Of a DNA stretch of 64,000 nt, positions 35,547 through 48,928 are shown piece after piece. The stretch's first letter is position 1, and the number at the start of each line of letters is the position of its first letter. The position numbers were made by a program, and so were the translations under genes. The notes below the pieces were generated by a model. The model had not been told where the DNA came from. It did not search any database and saw nothing but the letters and a program-made list of their open reading frames with translations. The DNA lies in the NCBI GenBank assembly GCA_002269645.1, contig NIVC01002977.1, forward strand, positions 63,909 to 127,908. Direction: 5' to 3'. The stretch is from Macrostomum lignano. Taxonomy: Eukaryota.

Positions 35547-36099
35547 GGAGGGCAGGGGGCAATTGCCCCCTCCCCTTAGGCTTAGGTGGAGACCAGAAAA
35601 AATCAAAGGGGGAACCAAGTGAATTTTTGCCAAAAGCAGAGCCACCCTTCTGCCCCCTTTCCTAGGTCTTTACCCTCCAGAATCTGCCCTCCCCCTCAAC
35701 AAATTTCTAGCTGCAGTATTGTATATAGTTTTTATATAATTTTTATACTTTCATACAATAAAATGAAATTCTAGATCTGCCACTGATCAGTATATATTAT
35801 TGCAGTATTGGTAGATGTTCAAATTTAGATTTTTTGTTAGTCTAATTCAAATATATATCCAACAATTTAATAAGATAGGTATCTTTTTGTGCTCAACCAT
35901 ATTTATTTTGTTCTGTATTTTTTCCAGGTTTTTCCAGTAATAATACTATGCTCTAGTTATAATGCATAATATGTTATATATTTTTGTACTAGGGGTTTTG
36001 TCTTGTCTTTACAATTCCACATTTGTCACTAAAGTTTTAATGGGACTTTTTTAATATAGTTTAAATTATAGCACATTTTGGGTAGTGTTTAATGTATTA

Positions 36100-36560
36100 T
36101 AGTAATGGCAATTTCCTAGATTTGCATGTTTAATTATTTTCTGTTTGAAATCACATGTTTACATGGTGCAGTTATGCTATAAAGTGATGTTGCACGTAGT
36201 CTATGGTCCTCATAGTCTATAGTCTATGGAATAAAGGTCTGAGGGTGATAAGAATGAAGGTGATGGCAAAGGGAAAGGATTTTGACACGCACATTGAAGA
36301 GTTTCTATGGTGCCAACTGTTTTGCAACCACACATTTGGCAACTTTCTGTATTGGGTACAACACTACTACAGTGTTTAATATCCCTTAATACCATTTAAG
36401 AAACAAACTATTGACATTATAAACTTTTATTGACGTTTAACTATCAGTTCTTAACTTGTTCTGTTGCCCATTTGTTTTTGCACCATGTAAAGGCTCAATT
36501 TCAAATAGAAAATACAATATTTAATTAAACGTGCGAATCTAGGAAATTGCCGTAGTAATC
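36100..36560. repeat. Imperfect ~75-bp inverted repeat pair (probable old MITE)
   Basis: ggcaatttcctagatttgcatgtttaatt...tttacatggtgca (36100-36170) is the reverse complement of 36479-36560; no TSD found. Confidence 0.5.
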
Positions 36561-37200
36561 TAATATGTTATGGTCTAAGCAGTCTTATATTTAAAACTAG
36601 TTAAGTTATTTTCTTAGCTATAAGTTGTTTATATTTCTTTATTAAGGCCTAGGTAAACATTTATTAGAAATCTTATATTTTATGCCAAATAACCTTTCTC
36701 TAAGCTTTTTATTTCCTTTTCTTCATATACTACAATCATATTTTGCACTCCTTGTTTTTATATTGCCTTTTAATTTGAAAATTAAAATCCCAGATATTTC
36801 TGATTCTGATCCATTTAGGATTCTATAATCCCAAAATTTGCTTTAAAATTGTGATCTTTCCAGGATCCTAAGATTGACTTCCTTATTCTACTTTGCACAA
36901 TGCTCTTTTCTTTTCCCTCACTCTGCCATTGATTGAGCCATCAAATTTGTAGCATTTTTCAGTGACAATTTATACAAGTTTGAATGTAGCAATAGTATCG
37001 CTTGCTTGTTTTAGCTAAAATTCATTTAATTATTATTGTGTTTTTCTTTATTGGTCTATTTTGTTTTATCCTTTACTAGGCTATGGCTAGTTATTTCTTT
37101 ATTGCAAAATTGTTATATAAAGTTCCTTTATTTTCTTTCCTAGAACCAGTCTTCTTGGTTTCTCATATTCTACATGTAGTAAGCAAACATCCAGTGAAAA

Positions 37201-39365
37201 TAGGGAATATAATACTAGAATCCTAGGATCTTATAATCTTAGGATTAGTCCTAAATCCCAGGATCACACTTGTCTGGGATTTAAAAATCCTGGGATTGAC
37301 CATTGGGATACCAATCCTGCTTTGCAATAATTCAATCAATAAACAATCATTCATTCTCGAGTATCTGTAGCTGAGCTGCTATTGGGTGAAAATCATAACC
37401 CAGTTGTCCTGCTTTGATTTCTTAATCTTTAAAGCATGCAGGCTAGTGAGTAGAAGGCTACAGGGCTGCAGGGATACAAAACAGAAGCTGTTAGCAGGTC
37501 GTAAAGGTATTTAAGGTGTAATAATATAGATTATAGAACTACTTTAAGCAGTCCCTACCTTCAAAACTCCTTGGCCATAGTTGGGATTAGAACAGTGGGA
37601 CTAGGGAATACAAAATCCTGAGTTTTGCCAATCCTGGGATTCTTGGGATTGGGATATCCTGGACTTTGAAAATCCTGGGATTCTTGGGATTAGGATATCC
37701 CAGACTTTGAAAATCCCAGGATTCTTGGGATCAGGATATCCCGGACTTTGCCAATCCCAGGGTCCTGACAAATTGGGCTGGGATCCTAGGATCCCAAGAT
37801 TAAAAAAGTTTCAAATCATTGTTGTTGATGCAATTTTGGTTTACAAAGCCATCAATCTGATTTTAAAGGGCTTTCAGTAATAAAATAGAACAGAACAAAA
37901 TATTTTGCTAGGCCTAACATGAAACTGACAGTGAGCTCTGAATTGGAGTGTGATGTACAGACTGGCATAGATGTACTTTTTTACATGCCAGTATTAGCTC
38001 AGGAAAATCACACTTGATTGTGATGTAACCTAGGGAATGATAGCTTACAGAGCTATGGCCCGAGGTACTGATACCAGAGTAGAAGGGGATCAGACCTCAC
38101 CCTCCCAGAGGCAACCTGTCCTAGCTTGGGTTGTGGTCCGATAGCAAAGTCCCACTGTTCTAATCCCAACTACGGCCAAAGGAGTTTTGAAGGTAGGGAC
38201 TGCTTAAAGTACTATGTAGTTCTGCCACCGCTCCTATGCTGGGCATCTAAAAGGTGTCCTGACAGTGCTGAGAATGAGGTCTTTTGCATAGGGGGGGGGG
38301 GGGGGCTTCTGATCTGCGCAAGGTTGAGACCCACTGATTTTAGCTGGGTTTGAGATAGAGGGGGAGTTCCAATGAACAATGATTCGACTCCCGTCTGGCA
38401 AGCTATAGCGCTGCATGTGACCGGAAACAATGAGGAATTGGCTTCTATCGCTTTAGGCTCTGTGCACAGGTTTTAGAATAATAATAATTACATTGGTCTG
38501 CGAGTAACATTCACACAATTGCATATATACATTGTTACACCGGAAATCTTCAATATGCCAATAGCTTTACAGTTTTGTATCCCTGCAGCCCGCCTGCATG
38601 TTTAAAAGATCAATAAATCAAAGCAGGCAAACTGGGTGATGATTTTCACTTGACAGTAGCTCAGCTGCAGATGCTAGTACTCGAGAATGAATGATTGAAT
38701 TATTGCAAACCGGAATTTTTGGATCCCGATGGTCAATCCCGGGATTTTCGAATCCCGGACAAGTATGATTCAGGCATAATCGAAATCCCTGGATTCAGAA
38801 TCCCGGGCTTTCGGGATCCCGGGATTGTATTCCCTACGTGGGACCTTGCTATTGGACCACAACACAAGCTACCGATTCTCCATCTAGGGCGGGTGCCCTG
38901 GGAGGGTGATGTCTGATCCCCTTCTACCCAGGTATCAGTACAACAGACCATAGCTCTGTAAGTTATCATTCCCCAGGTTACATCACAAATCACAAGTGTG
39001 ATTTTCCTGAGCTGATACTGACATGTAAAAAAGCACGTCTATTAATACGCCAGTCGCCACGCCGTACATCACACTCTAATTCAGAGCTCAGCTCACTGTC
39101 AGTGTCAGTTTCTTGTTTGCAGAATAGAATATTTTACTCTGTTTTACTTTTGTCATTGAAAGCCCTTTAAAATCAGATTAGATGGCTTCGTAAAACCAAA
39201 ATTGCACCAACAAATATTATATTATAAACTTTTTCAATCCCAGGATTGGCAAATTCAGGGATATCCCTACCCTATCCCGAGAATCCCGGGATTTTCAAAG
39301 CCCAGGTCGGGACATCCCGATCCCGTGAATCTCGGGATTGGCAAAACTCTGGATTTTATTCTCTA
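37201..39365 (-). mobile_element. Older copy of a TAGGGAATA-ended hAT-like element (outer copy), interrupted by a younger copy
   Basis: 37201-37330 is the reverse complement of the inner right end; 39236-39365 is the reverse complement of the inner left end; flanks agtgaaaa / gtgagaaa are only partly matching. Confidence 0.7.
37602..38836 (+). mobile_element. hAT-like non-autonomous element, 1235 bp (inner copy)
   Basis: TIR TAGGGAATACAA / TTGTATTCCCTA; 8-bp TSD agtgggac / cgtgggac (7 of 8); atcccggg/atcctggg subterminal repeats. Confidence 0.8.
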
Positions 39366-41652
39366 GTGAGAAATGTTCTTTGCATATCACTAACTTTGGC
39401 TATTATTTTAATTCTATGATAATCCAGGTTAATCCAAGCTAAATCCAGGTTGCAAAGCGAGCATATGGCATCTGGTTTTCGGAGTGCATTTTACCGGCTG
39501 GGGAGGCAAAAGACACGCATAGTTCTCCTTTTCCTCTATCGCCTGCGTCACCCCAAGGCCTGTCTTTCCTTTATCCTGCCTGCCCTCCTCAGTCCCGCTG
39601 TCTGACTCACGCGACATGCCCGGCTCACACGGTCCACACACACAACAAACACGCAATGCACGAGGCCTCCCTTCGCTCCATACCAGTCTGCCACGGCGCT
39701 CAATAAAATCTGCGTGCCCCGGCCTGGGTCTGGCGCGGCGGGGGGTGGCGGCCTCCCTCCCCCATCCAAACCCCCTGCCCAGCCAGCCAGCACCCCGGGC
39801 CTTCTGCCCACCCCACTCCGCCTCCTTTTCACATTAAAACCAACGCCTCTCTGCCCAACTGCTCTCCTGCCTTCCTCCCGTCTTCTCAACTTGCAGTTCA
39901 GCAAGCCAGCGCCCCGACTCTGGGCGGGCCGGTAAGTCAGACTTGTATGAATGCATGCATACATATTGTCCTGTTAGTGCTGGCCACAATCCTTGCCATC
40001 TTTCCGCTCCGCTTGTGTGGCCCCACCCAAGCAGTGTGCTCCATGCTGTGCTCATGCTCACCCTCCGATCTGCGGCGTCTTACCTGGCATTATTGGAGCT
40101 CTGTAAGCCAATTCTGTCTAATACTGTCAGGTAATGATGTCTAGCGGAGGAGCGATCGCCGGTTGCCCCTCTCCCCACATGTTCAAAATTTTGCTTTTTG
40201 AGACAGTGTGAAATAGTGAAAAATGCAATAAAGTGAATTAAACAGAGCATCAGTATGATATTTTTGCCTATTTTGTCTTTCCGTGTTTTTTCGTGCATTT
40301 GAGCTGATTCTGCTTGAACTTGTTTTCGTGTAGTAAGAGTAGGTAAAGGTAGGCAGCAAAAGACTTAGTTAATAGTCAATAGCAAAATAGTTCTGATCTT
40401 TTCATCTGTATTAGACAAACAGGCCATTAATTAAACTTTAGTTAAACTAAATGAGTAGTTTTTTAACATCGTTGTTTCTAGTTTTTAAGAATGGCATATT
40501 TCATTCGTTTGACGGCCGGATAATATTAATATTAACAGTTTCCTCAAATCCAGCCCAATAAATTTTCTAAGAAACGACTCCAGCTCATTTTCTCAACCGT
40601 CTGATTTGCGTGACTCAGACGCTGTCCGCAATATTTTTTCTTTGTCGTGTCTAGCTCCGGCTCGAGTTTCTGGTTCCGCGATTGTTGCTAGACGCGGTGA
40701 GAGAGACCCGATAATGGGGTGGGTTGGGCGCCTTGTTCTGCTGCTTGTTGAGACGAGTAACGAGTTGATGAGGCAGACCCGCAGACTCCTGCCCTGTCGC
40801 ACCGCGTGCTCCAGCTGGAAATTGGAAATTTTGAGTCAACCAACCTGCACCCCAGGCCGCGGGGGGACTCGGGCTGCTTAAAAGGCAGAATTAATTGAGT
40901 GACCGCGCGCCCCAGCCGGTCAATTCGGTCAACTCCGCTCTGAACAATGGCCATGCCCACCAGTTGCGCAACTGGTTTTTATTATTAGCCAGGATTCCCT
41001 GGACTCCAGCTTTCCTGTTGCCAACCAAGTCCCCTCTCGCTGTGTACCTCCGTCTCTGAGTGCCCGCTGGCTGGCACCTGGAAACTGCAGTGCGATATGA
41101 GGCCCCAGCAACTCGGGGCTCGCAGTCTCCGGGCCCCGGCATCAGTTCTATTGATAGAAAATAAAAATCCTCTGGAATGCGGGCTGCCTGAGTTCCTATG
41201 GCAGCTCGCTCTGCCCTTTTGGTTGCCGGGTGCTCACAGTCGCGGATGAGCAGCTGGCCCGGCCGGTCCTCACTTGCTCTGCCCCGCCTCCGCTGCCGGG
41301 CCAGTGTTGCCATGGCAATTAGCCTGACAAGCAAGCGGACTACTCAAAAAACTACAGTTTATGTCACCTTTCATTCCGGCTCATGGGGGTGGAGCTTCAT
41401 CTGTCTGCCTGCCTCTGGCTGAGCTAATTGGGACCGCGCTCAGTGCTAATGAGTGATTTCCCGATCGATTATCGATTAGTGTCCACATTGAGCGCATTGT
41501 TGTATTCATGATTATCGGGGAAAACGGTCTTCAATTGCATGAGTTGCCTTGCCATCCAGCAGTCTCTAGGCACCAGATTAAGGTCAGGCGCTGCATCGTC
41601 AGACAGCTTCAAAAAGAATTTCATCGTCAGTGAAAGCCACTTTATGCGCTGG

Positions 41653-42674
41653 CTGGCAGCTATCTCACCTGACAGCTATCTCACCTGGCAGCTATCTCGC
41701 GTGGCAGCTATCTCACCTGACAGCTATCTCACCTGGCAGCTATCTCGCGTGGCAGCTATCTCACGTGGCAGCTATCTCACGTGGCAGCTATCTCACGTGG
41801 TAATTAATCTCACGTGCCAGCTATCTCACCTGGTAATTAATCTCACCTGGCAGCTATCTCACCTGGTAATTAATCTCACCTGGCAGCTATCTCACCTGGC
41901 AATTAATCTCACCTGGCAGCCATCTCACCTGGCAATTTATTTCACCTGGCAGCTATCTCACCTGGCAGCTATCTCACCTGGCAGCTATCTCACCTGGTAA
42001 TTAATCTCACCTGGCAGCTATCTCACCTGGCAATTAATCTCACCTGGCAGCCATCTCACCTGGCAATTTATTTCACCTGGCAGCTATCTCACCTGGCAGC
42101 TATCTCACCTGGCAGCTATCTCACCTGGTAATTAATCTCACCAGGCAGCTATCTCACCTGGTAATTAATCTCACCTGGCAGCTATCTCACCTGGCAGCTA
42201 TCTCACCTGGCAGCTATCTCACCTGGCAGCTATCTCACCTGGTAATTAATCTCACCAGGCAGCTATCTCACCTGGTAATTAATCTCACCTGGCAGCTATC
42301 TTATAACTGGTAATTAATCTCACCTGGCAGCTATCTTATATCTGGTAATTAATCTCACCTGGCAGCTATCTCACCAGGTAAGTAATCTCACCTGGCAGCT
42401 ATCTCACCTGGCAATTAATCTCACCTGGCAGCCATCTCACCTGGCAATTTATTTCACCTGGCAGCTATCTCACCTGGTAGTTAATCTCACCAGGCAGCTA
42501 TCTCACCTGGTAATTAATCTCACCTGGCAGCTATCTCACCTGGTAATTAATCTCACCTGGCAGCTATCTTATACCTGGTAATTAATCTCACCTGGCAGCT
42601 ATCTTATACCTGGTAATTAATCTCACCTGGCAGCTATCTTATACCTGGTAATTAATCTCACCTGGCAGCTATCT
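41653..42674. repeat. Composite 16/17-bp minisatellite (ggcagctatctcacct / ggtaattaatctcacct)
   Basis: Two related units interspersed over about 1 kb. Confidence 0.95.
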
Positions 42675-43779
42675 TTTCTCCCTGTCCTCTTCCTGGGTGA
42701 AGAATATTCCTTCTACATTCTAGGACCCCTTAAATTTCTATTGTGATTGATCTTGCAGCAGACTGCAGTCTCCCGAGGAGGGGCTGGGTGTCTCCAGGGC
42801 AGCCTCTTAGGCTCACAATAGATTTGCCAGGTACGAGTTTAGCAACTCTCTGACAATTGTCCGGCCAGGGCAACTCAACACATGAAGTGGGTAGTGATGT
42901 GGGCTCCGCCTCGCTCTTCTCCGCAGGGGCCGCCACCCCCGCCGCGGGACAATGAGTGGCTACAGGAGGGCGACGCGGCGAAGGAGACGGCAGGGGTCCA
43001 GCTGTAGCGGGTCAGCCCAGGACAGGCCTGAGTGGGGCAGCTCTGGGCCTCTCCAACACCCCAAATGGGGCGATGAGCGCTCAGAGTGAGCGATGCCACC
43101 CATGCTGCGAGCTGCCAAGCCGCACAGGGCAGGCTCGCCCTTATTATTGACTCACAGCTGCTCACAGCTGCCGCAGGCGGAGTTGGGGCGGGTGCGGCAG
43201 CGAGACGCCCTGCGGTGCAGCGGCGTCGGCCGTCGCCGTGACGACAGAAATTTCATTTTCTCAGGCCAAGCTGTGAGCCACAGGAGCAGCAGGCAGCTCT
43301 CACACCGCTCCTCAGTCCTGCCTTCCCCAGTGTTTGCCGTGTCGTGAGAAGGTTTGAAATTTTGCACTGCAGGAATTTGCGCTGTCTCGCCTGAGCAGAT
43401 TAAAGCAGCTGATTCTTTGCTATAAGCAAATTTGAAAAACATTTCACCTGCTGTTGATGCGGCAGCTTTTATGCAGTTTTTTCGTGGGGAATGCTGCTTC
43501 AGGAGCTACAGATAAATGTCTGTTAAATAACTCCTGAGCACTAGCTCCTTGTGCGTCTAGTCCCTTGTTGGCTATCTGGTTGTGTGCCGGTCGGGTGTCT
43601 GAGCTTCTGTCAACAAAAAAATTCGGCTTTGTCTGAACCGCTTGCAGCATGGCTCTGCCCACAGCTGCAACTTCTTTTCATCTCAGTAGCAGATTTAGCA
43701 GATTCCCTTGTCGTCGGTCCCGGGAGCGAAGCTGCACGGTCTGGGTTGGCTTCTGTAAGGGGAATTTTCCGTTTTTCAT

Positions 43780-44531
43780 GGGGCGGATTCTGCTTTTATG
43801 GGGCGGATTCTGTTATCCAAGGAGCGGATTCTGTTATCAAAGGAGTGGATTCTGTTATCAAAGGAGCGGATTCTTTTATCGAAGAAGCGGATTCTGTTAT
43901 CGAAGGAGCGGATTCTATTATCAAAGGAGCGGATTCTGTTATTCAAGGAGCGGATTCTTTTATCGAAGAAGCGGATTCTATTATCAAAGGAGCGGATTCC
44001 GTTATTCAAGGAGCGGATTCTGTTATTCAAGGAGCGGATTCTGTTATTCAAGGAGCAGATTCTGTTATCAAAGGAGCGGATTCTGTTGTCAAAGGAGCGG
44101 ATTCTGTTATTCAAGGAGCGGATTCTGTTATTCAAGGAGCGGATTCTGTTATTCAAGGAGCGGATTCTGTTATTCAAGGAGCGGATTCTGTTATTCAAGG
44201 AGCGGATTCTGTTATTCAAGGAGCGGATTCTGTTATGCAAGGAGCGGATTCTGTCATCAAAGGAGCGGATTCTGTTATCGAAGAAATGGATTCTGTTATC
44301 AAAGGAGCGGATTCTGTTATTCAAGGAGCGGATTCTGTTATTCAAGGAGCGGATTCTGTTATCAAAGGAGCGGATTCTGTTATTCAAAGAGCGGATTCTG
44401 TTATTCAAGGAGCGGATTCTGTTATTCAAGGAGCGGATTCTGTTCTTCAAGGAGCGGATTCTGTTATTCAAGGAGCGGATTCTGTTATTCAAGGAGCGGA
44501 TTCTGTTATTCAAGGAGCGGATTCTGTTATT
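43780..44531. repeat. 21-bp minisatellite (ggagcggattctgttattcaa)
   Basis: Tandem units; 7-aa periodic ORFs in several frames. Confidence 0.95.
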
Positions 44532-46205
44532 GATGCAAACGCGTTAACCGCGTGCCTGGCTTGAGAATGTGGGGTGCTCAGCCCAGGTCACTCAGTCTGA
44601 GTTCGAGAATGAAGCTCAGGTGTTGGAGAAAGTCAAGCTGGCAGCTGTGATTTCAACCCGGCCAGTTCGAAGTTGGGAAGAGGCAGACGGGAGAACTGCA
44701 AGCAGGTGGTTCTCCCTCCGCCTCTGCAGGCTTGGAGGAGATCTCAGCTGCGAAGTGCCTGTCTGTCTGTCACTTTCCCAGAGGCTCGGCTGTCTCCCAA
44801 GTCAGCCTGCAGTTGAAATCCCAGCAAGGGGCCAACACGTGCGAGACCAGGGCAGGCCACTCGGCTCCCTGCCTCGCGCTTCGGCTCCCTGATTTCAAGC
44901 CAAGCCAAGGCAAGCCAAGGTGTCAGCGCCTGCGCTGGAGTGCCAGTCGGGGGGCAGGGGAAGTGAGCACTCCCCCCGGCTGCAGTGGGCGCTGCTTAGG
45001 CAAAAAACATGCGGCCACGACCCTCCCCGGGTACTTGACTTCCTTAGCAACCCGCGGCAGGCCTCCGGCAATCGATTCGCTGGATCCCGCATTTCTGCTT
45101 CCTAATCAGCTGAGCAGCCCCTCCAGCGGAAATCTCCTCTCTTCTCTCCCTTACCTTTTTTACGGCGGCGTGTCCGCCTTGCCCACCACACCTTGGCGCA
45201 AATCCCAGCCCTGGCAGCCGCGGTTTCTCCTGCAATCTGCGCGCCCCATGGAATGTCGCCGCTGCCCCCCTCTCCCCTCCCCGCCCTCCTTCATTCTCAA
45301 TTTTTTCTTGCAATTTTTTGTCCTCGCCTGGCTCGCCTTTTCTTCTCCCTGCCGGCCCCGGGGCTGCCGGGCCACAATGGCCCGCGGGCGGAAGGCAGGC
45401 GGCAGCAGCTGGCGGCCGCCCCAACCCAGCTGTCCCAGAGCCCGCATGGCTGGGCCGCCCACTCAGCTAAACTTTTCTGCAGCAGCATTGCCAGTGAATT
45501 GGAGGCTGCTGCAGCTTCATCGCCTCTCACTGCCAGCATCTCAATTGTCTGCCGGCTGTGAGGGCTGCAGCCGCCCAGCTCCGCGCAAAGAATGGGGGAG
45601 CAGCACAACATGGGGCCGTGGGAGATGACGAGTGAATAGGAACGCTAGGTAGTAGATGAGGCACGGAGGCTGCAAGGGCGCTTTCCTTCCCAGCAGGCGG
45701 CCGCACCGCACTCCCCACTTCCCCTCCGTCCTCAGCTCCTCATCTTCATCCCTTTTGTGATGCTGGAACTGAGAAGCTGCCGTGTGCGGCTGCCAGGAAG
45801 CGAAATAATGGGCAGTTGGGGAGGGGAGGATAGAGAAAGGGGTGCGGGGAGAATCGAGGAGAAACGGCGCAGCCTCCTGTTGCATGATTGATGAGGCGGC
45901 TCAGCAGACTTGCCTCATCAATTTTTTACAGCCGGCAGTTGCAGGTCGCGTCTCTTGCGGCCCGGCCAGCTTCCTCGGCCCCACGGCCCGCCTGCCCCGG
46001 CGCTCCTTTGTTTAGTCGCGTCGCCGGGAACAATGGGCAGCTGAGAGCCCTCGGCGGGCGGCTTCGCGGAGTTGTCAATCCTTCTCTTCATTGTGTGGTT
46101 CAATGTTTTTGGCATACTACTGCTGAGAGAAAATCAGTAGTGTAGCTTGAATATTCACTCTGTAGTGGTAGTCTGAGAGGCAGGCAGATGATGGATGGAG
46201 GAGAA

Positions 46206-47342
46206 GGGGACACAAGCTGAATGGACAGGCACAGGGGACACAAGCTGAATGGACAGGCACAGGGGGAACACAAGCTGAATGGACAGGCACAGGGGGAACA
46301 CAAGCTGAATGGACAGGCACAGGGGACACAAGCTGAATGGACAGGCACAGGGGGAACACAAGCTGAATGGACAGGCACAGGGGACACAAGCTGAATGGAC
46401 AGGCACAGAGGACACAAGCTGAATGGACAGGCACAGAGGGGACACAAGCTGAAAGGACAGGCACAGGGGGAGACAAGCTGAATGGACAGGCACAGGGGAC
46501 ACAAGCTGAATGGACAGGCACAGAGGGGACACAAGCTGAATGGACAGGCACAGGGGGAGACAAGCTGAATGGACAGGCACAGAAGGGGACACAAGCTGAA
46601 TGGACAGGCACAGAAGGGGACACAAGCTGAATGGACAGGCACAGAGAGGACACAGGCTGAAAGGACAGGCACAGGGGACACAAGCTGAATGGACAGGCAC
46701 AGGGGACACAAGCTGAATGGACAGGCACAGGGGACACAAGCTGAATGGACAGGCACAGGGGGAACACAAGCTGAATGGACAGGCACAGGGGACACAAGCT
46801 GAATGGACAGGCACAGAGGGGACACAAGCTGAATGGACAGGCACAGGGGGAGACAAGCTGAATGGACAGGCACAGAGAGGACACAAGCTGAATGGACAGG
46901 CACAGAGAGGACACAAGCTGAATGGACAGGCACAGAGAGGACACAAGCTGAATGGACAGGCACAGGGGGAGACAAGCTGAATGGACAGGCACAGGGAACA
47001 CAAGCTGAATGGACAGGCACAGAGGACACAAGCTGAATGGACAGGCACAGAGGACACAAGCTGAATGGACAGGTACAGAGGGGACACAAGCTGAATGGAC
47101 AGGCACAGAAGGGGACACAAGCTGAATGGACAGGCACAGAAGGGGACACAAGCTGAATGGACAGGCACAGAAGGGGACACAAGCTGAATGGACAGGCACA
47201 GAGAGGACACAGGCTGAAAGGACAGGCACAGGGGACACAAGCTGAATGGACAGGCACAGGGGACACAAGCTGAATGGACAGGCACAGGGGACACAAGCTG
47301 GGTGGGCACAGGGCACAGGGGACACAAACTGAGTGGCACAGG
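46206..47342. repeat. 27-30-bp minisatellite (ggacacaagctgaatggacaggcacagg variants)
   Basis: Tandem units with a variable purine spacer. Confidence 0.95.
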
Positions 47343-47759
47343 TGCCATGAGTGTTCAAGCCTGACTGGGTATCGCACAGATAATTTTTGGTAACAAATCG
47401 TTCAAATGTAAACATTGCTGCCACCCCTGACTTTATCTAAGCAGCCACAGGGCCACAGGCCACATGCGGATGCAGGCAGCTTGGCACAAGCTACATCTAT
47501 ATGTATTGGCGCGGGGCCAGCCCAGCTTATTGCTATGCTAGAAACTTTCTGCCACCTGTCAGTGCAGTCGCTCGGTCCAAATGCATCTTCTGTAAGTTTT
47601 TCCAAGAGGGACTTTTGCTTTATTATCGCTACTCCAGTGAGCCAAAAATACAGCGCCATTATCGATTAGCATTACGTCAGTGTATTTATAGCTTAGCTTT
47701 TGGGATGAAGTCCCACTTGCCAAAGGAATCCCATTCGGAGTCAACTTTGGTAGAAAGAT

Positions 47760-48818
47760 GGGAGACAGGTGGACTGAGAGGGAGACAGGTGGACTGAGAC
47801 GGATACAGGTGGACTGAGACGGATACAGGTGGACTGAGACGGATACAGGTGGACTGAGAGGGAGACAGGTGGACTGAGAGGGAGACAGGTGGACTGAGAC
47901 GGATACAGGTGGACTGAGAAGGAGACAGGTGGACTGAGACGGATACAGGTGGACTGAGAGGGAGACAGGTGGACTGAGAGGGAGACAGGTGGACTGAGAG
48001 GGAGACAGGTGGACTGAGACGGATACAGGTGGACTGAGAGGGAGACAGGTGGACTGAGACGGATACAGGTGGACTGAGAGGGAGACAGGTGGACTGAGAC
48101 GGATACAGGTGGACTGAGAGGGAGACAGGTGGACTGAGACGGATACAGGTGGACTGAGAGGGAGACAGGTGGACTGAGAGGGAGACAGGTGGACTGAGAC
48201 GGATACAGGTGGACTGAGAGGGAGACAGGTGGACTGAGAGGGAGACAGGTGGACTGAGACGGATACAGGTGGACTGAGAGGGAGACAGGTGGACTGAGAG
48301 GGAGACAGGTGGACTGAGACGGATACAGGTGGACTGAGAGGGAGACAGGTGGACTGAGAGGGAGACAGGTGGACTGAGACGGATACAGGTGGACTGAGAG
48401 GGAGACAGGTGGACTGAGACGGATACAGGTGGACTGAGACGGATACAGGTGGACTGAGAGGGAGACAGGTGGACTGAGAGGGAGACAGGTGGACTGAGAG
48501 GGAGACAGGTGGACTGAGACGGATACAGGTGGACTGAGAGGGAGACAGGTGGACTGAGAGGGAGACAGGTGGACTGAGACGGATACAGGTGGACTGAGAG
48601 GGAGACAGGTGGACTGAGAGGGAGACAGGTGGACTGAGACGGATACAGGTGGACTGAGAGGGAGACAGGTGGACTGAGAGGGAGACAGGTGGACTGAGAC
48701 GGATACAGGTGGACTGAGAGGGAGACAGGTGGACTGAGAGGGAGACAGGTGGACTGAGACGGATACAGGTGGACTGAGAGGGAGACAGGTGACTCAGACG
48801 GATACAGGTGGACTGAGA
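47760..48818. repeat. 20-bp minisatellite with two alternating variants (gggagacaggtggactgaga / cggatacaggtggactgaga)
   Basis: About 53 units with AB/AAB higher-order patterning. Confidence 0.97.
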
Positions 48819-48928
48819 GAAAGGCCGGTACGCAGATTTCTGATTTACCTTGATTTCAAAGCCAAGTTTTCAATTTTTAGCTGACTCGAACTTGGAACTT
48901 AAATTCCATATCGCCGCTTGAATTCCAG

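Noticed and set aside
36210-36395. Cys-rich 61-aa ORF (CQMCGC...CAC)
   Set aside because: Short, inside an old inverted-repeat element, no flanking domain.
44569-44892. EFENEAQVLEKVK resembling a kinase alphaC helix
   Set aside because: No glycine loop, VAIK or HRD motif in compatible exons.
47340-47470. Minus-strand GLWP and THGTC words resembling RNase T2 CAS I/CAS II
   Set aside because: Wrong strand relative to the supported exons, different frames, no catalytic His before GLW and spacing too short; treated as chance.
47559-47744. YTD...DNGAVF resembling an RNase H start
   Set aside because: Only a few residues match and no other RNase H or RT motifs are nearby.
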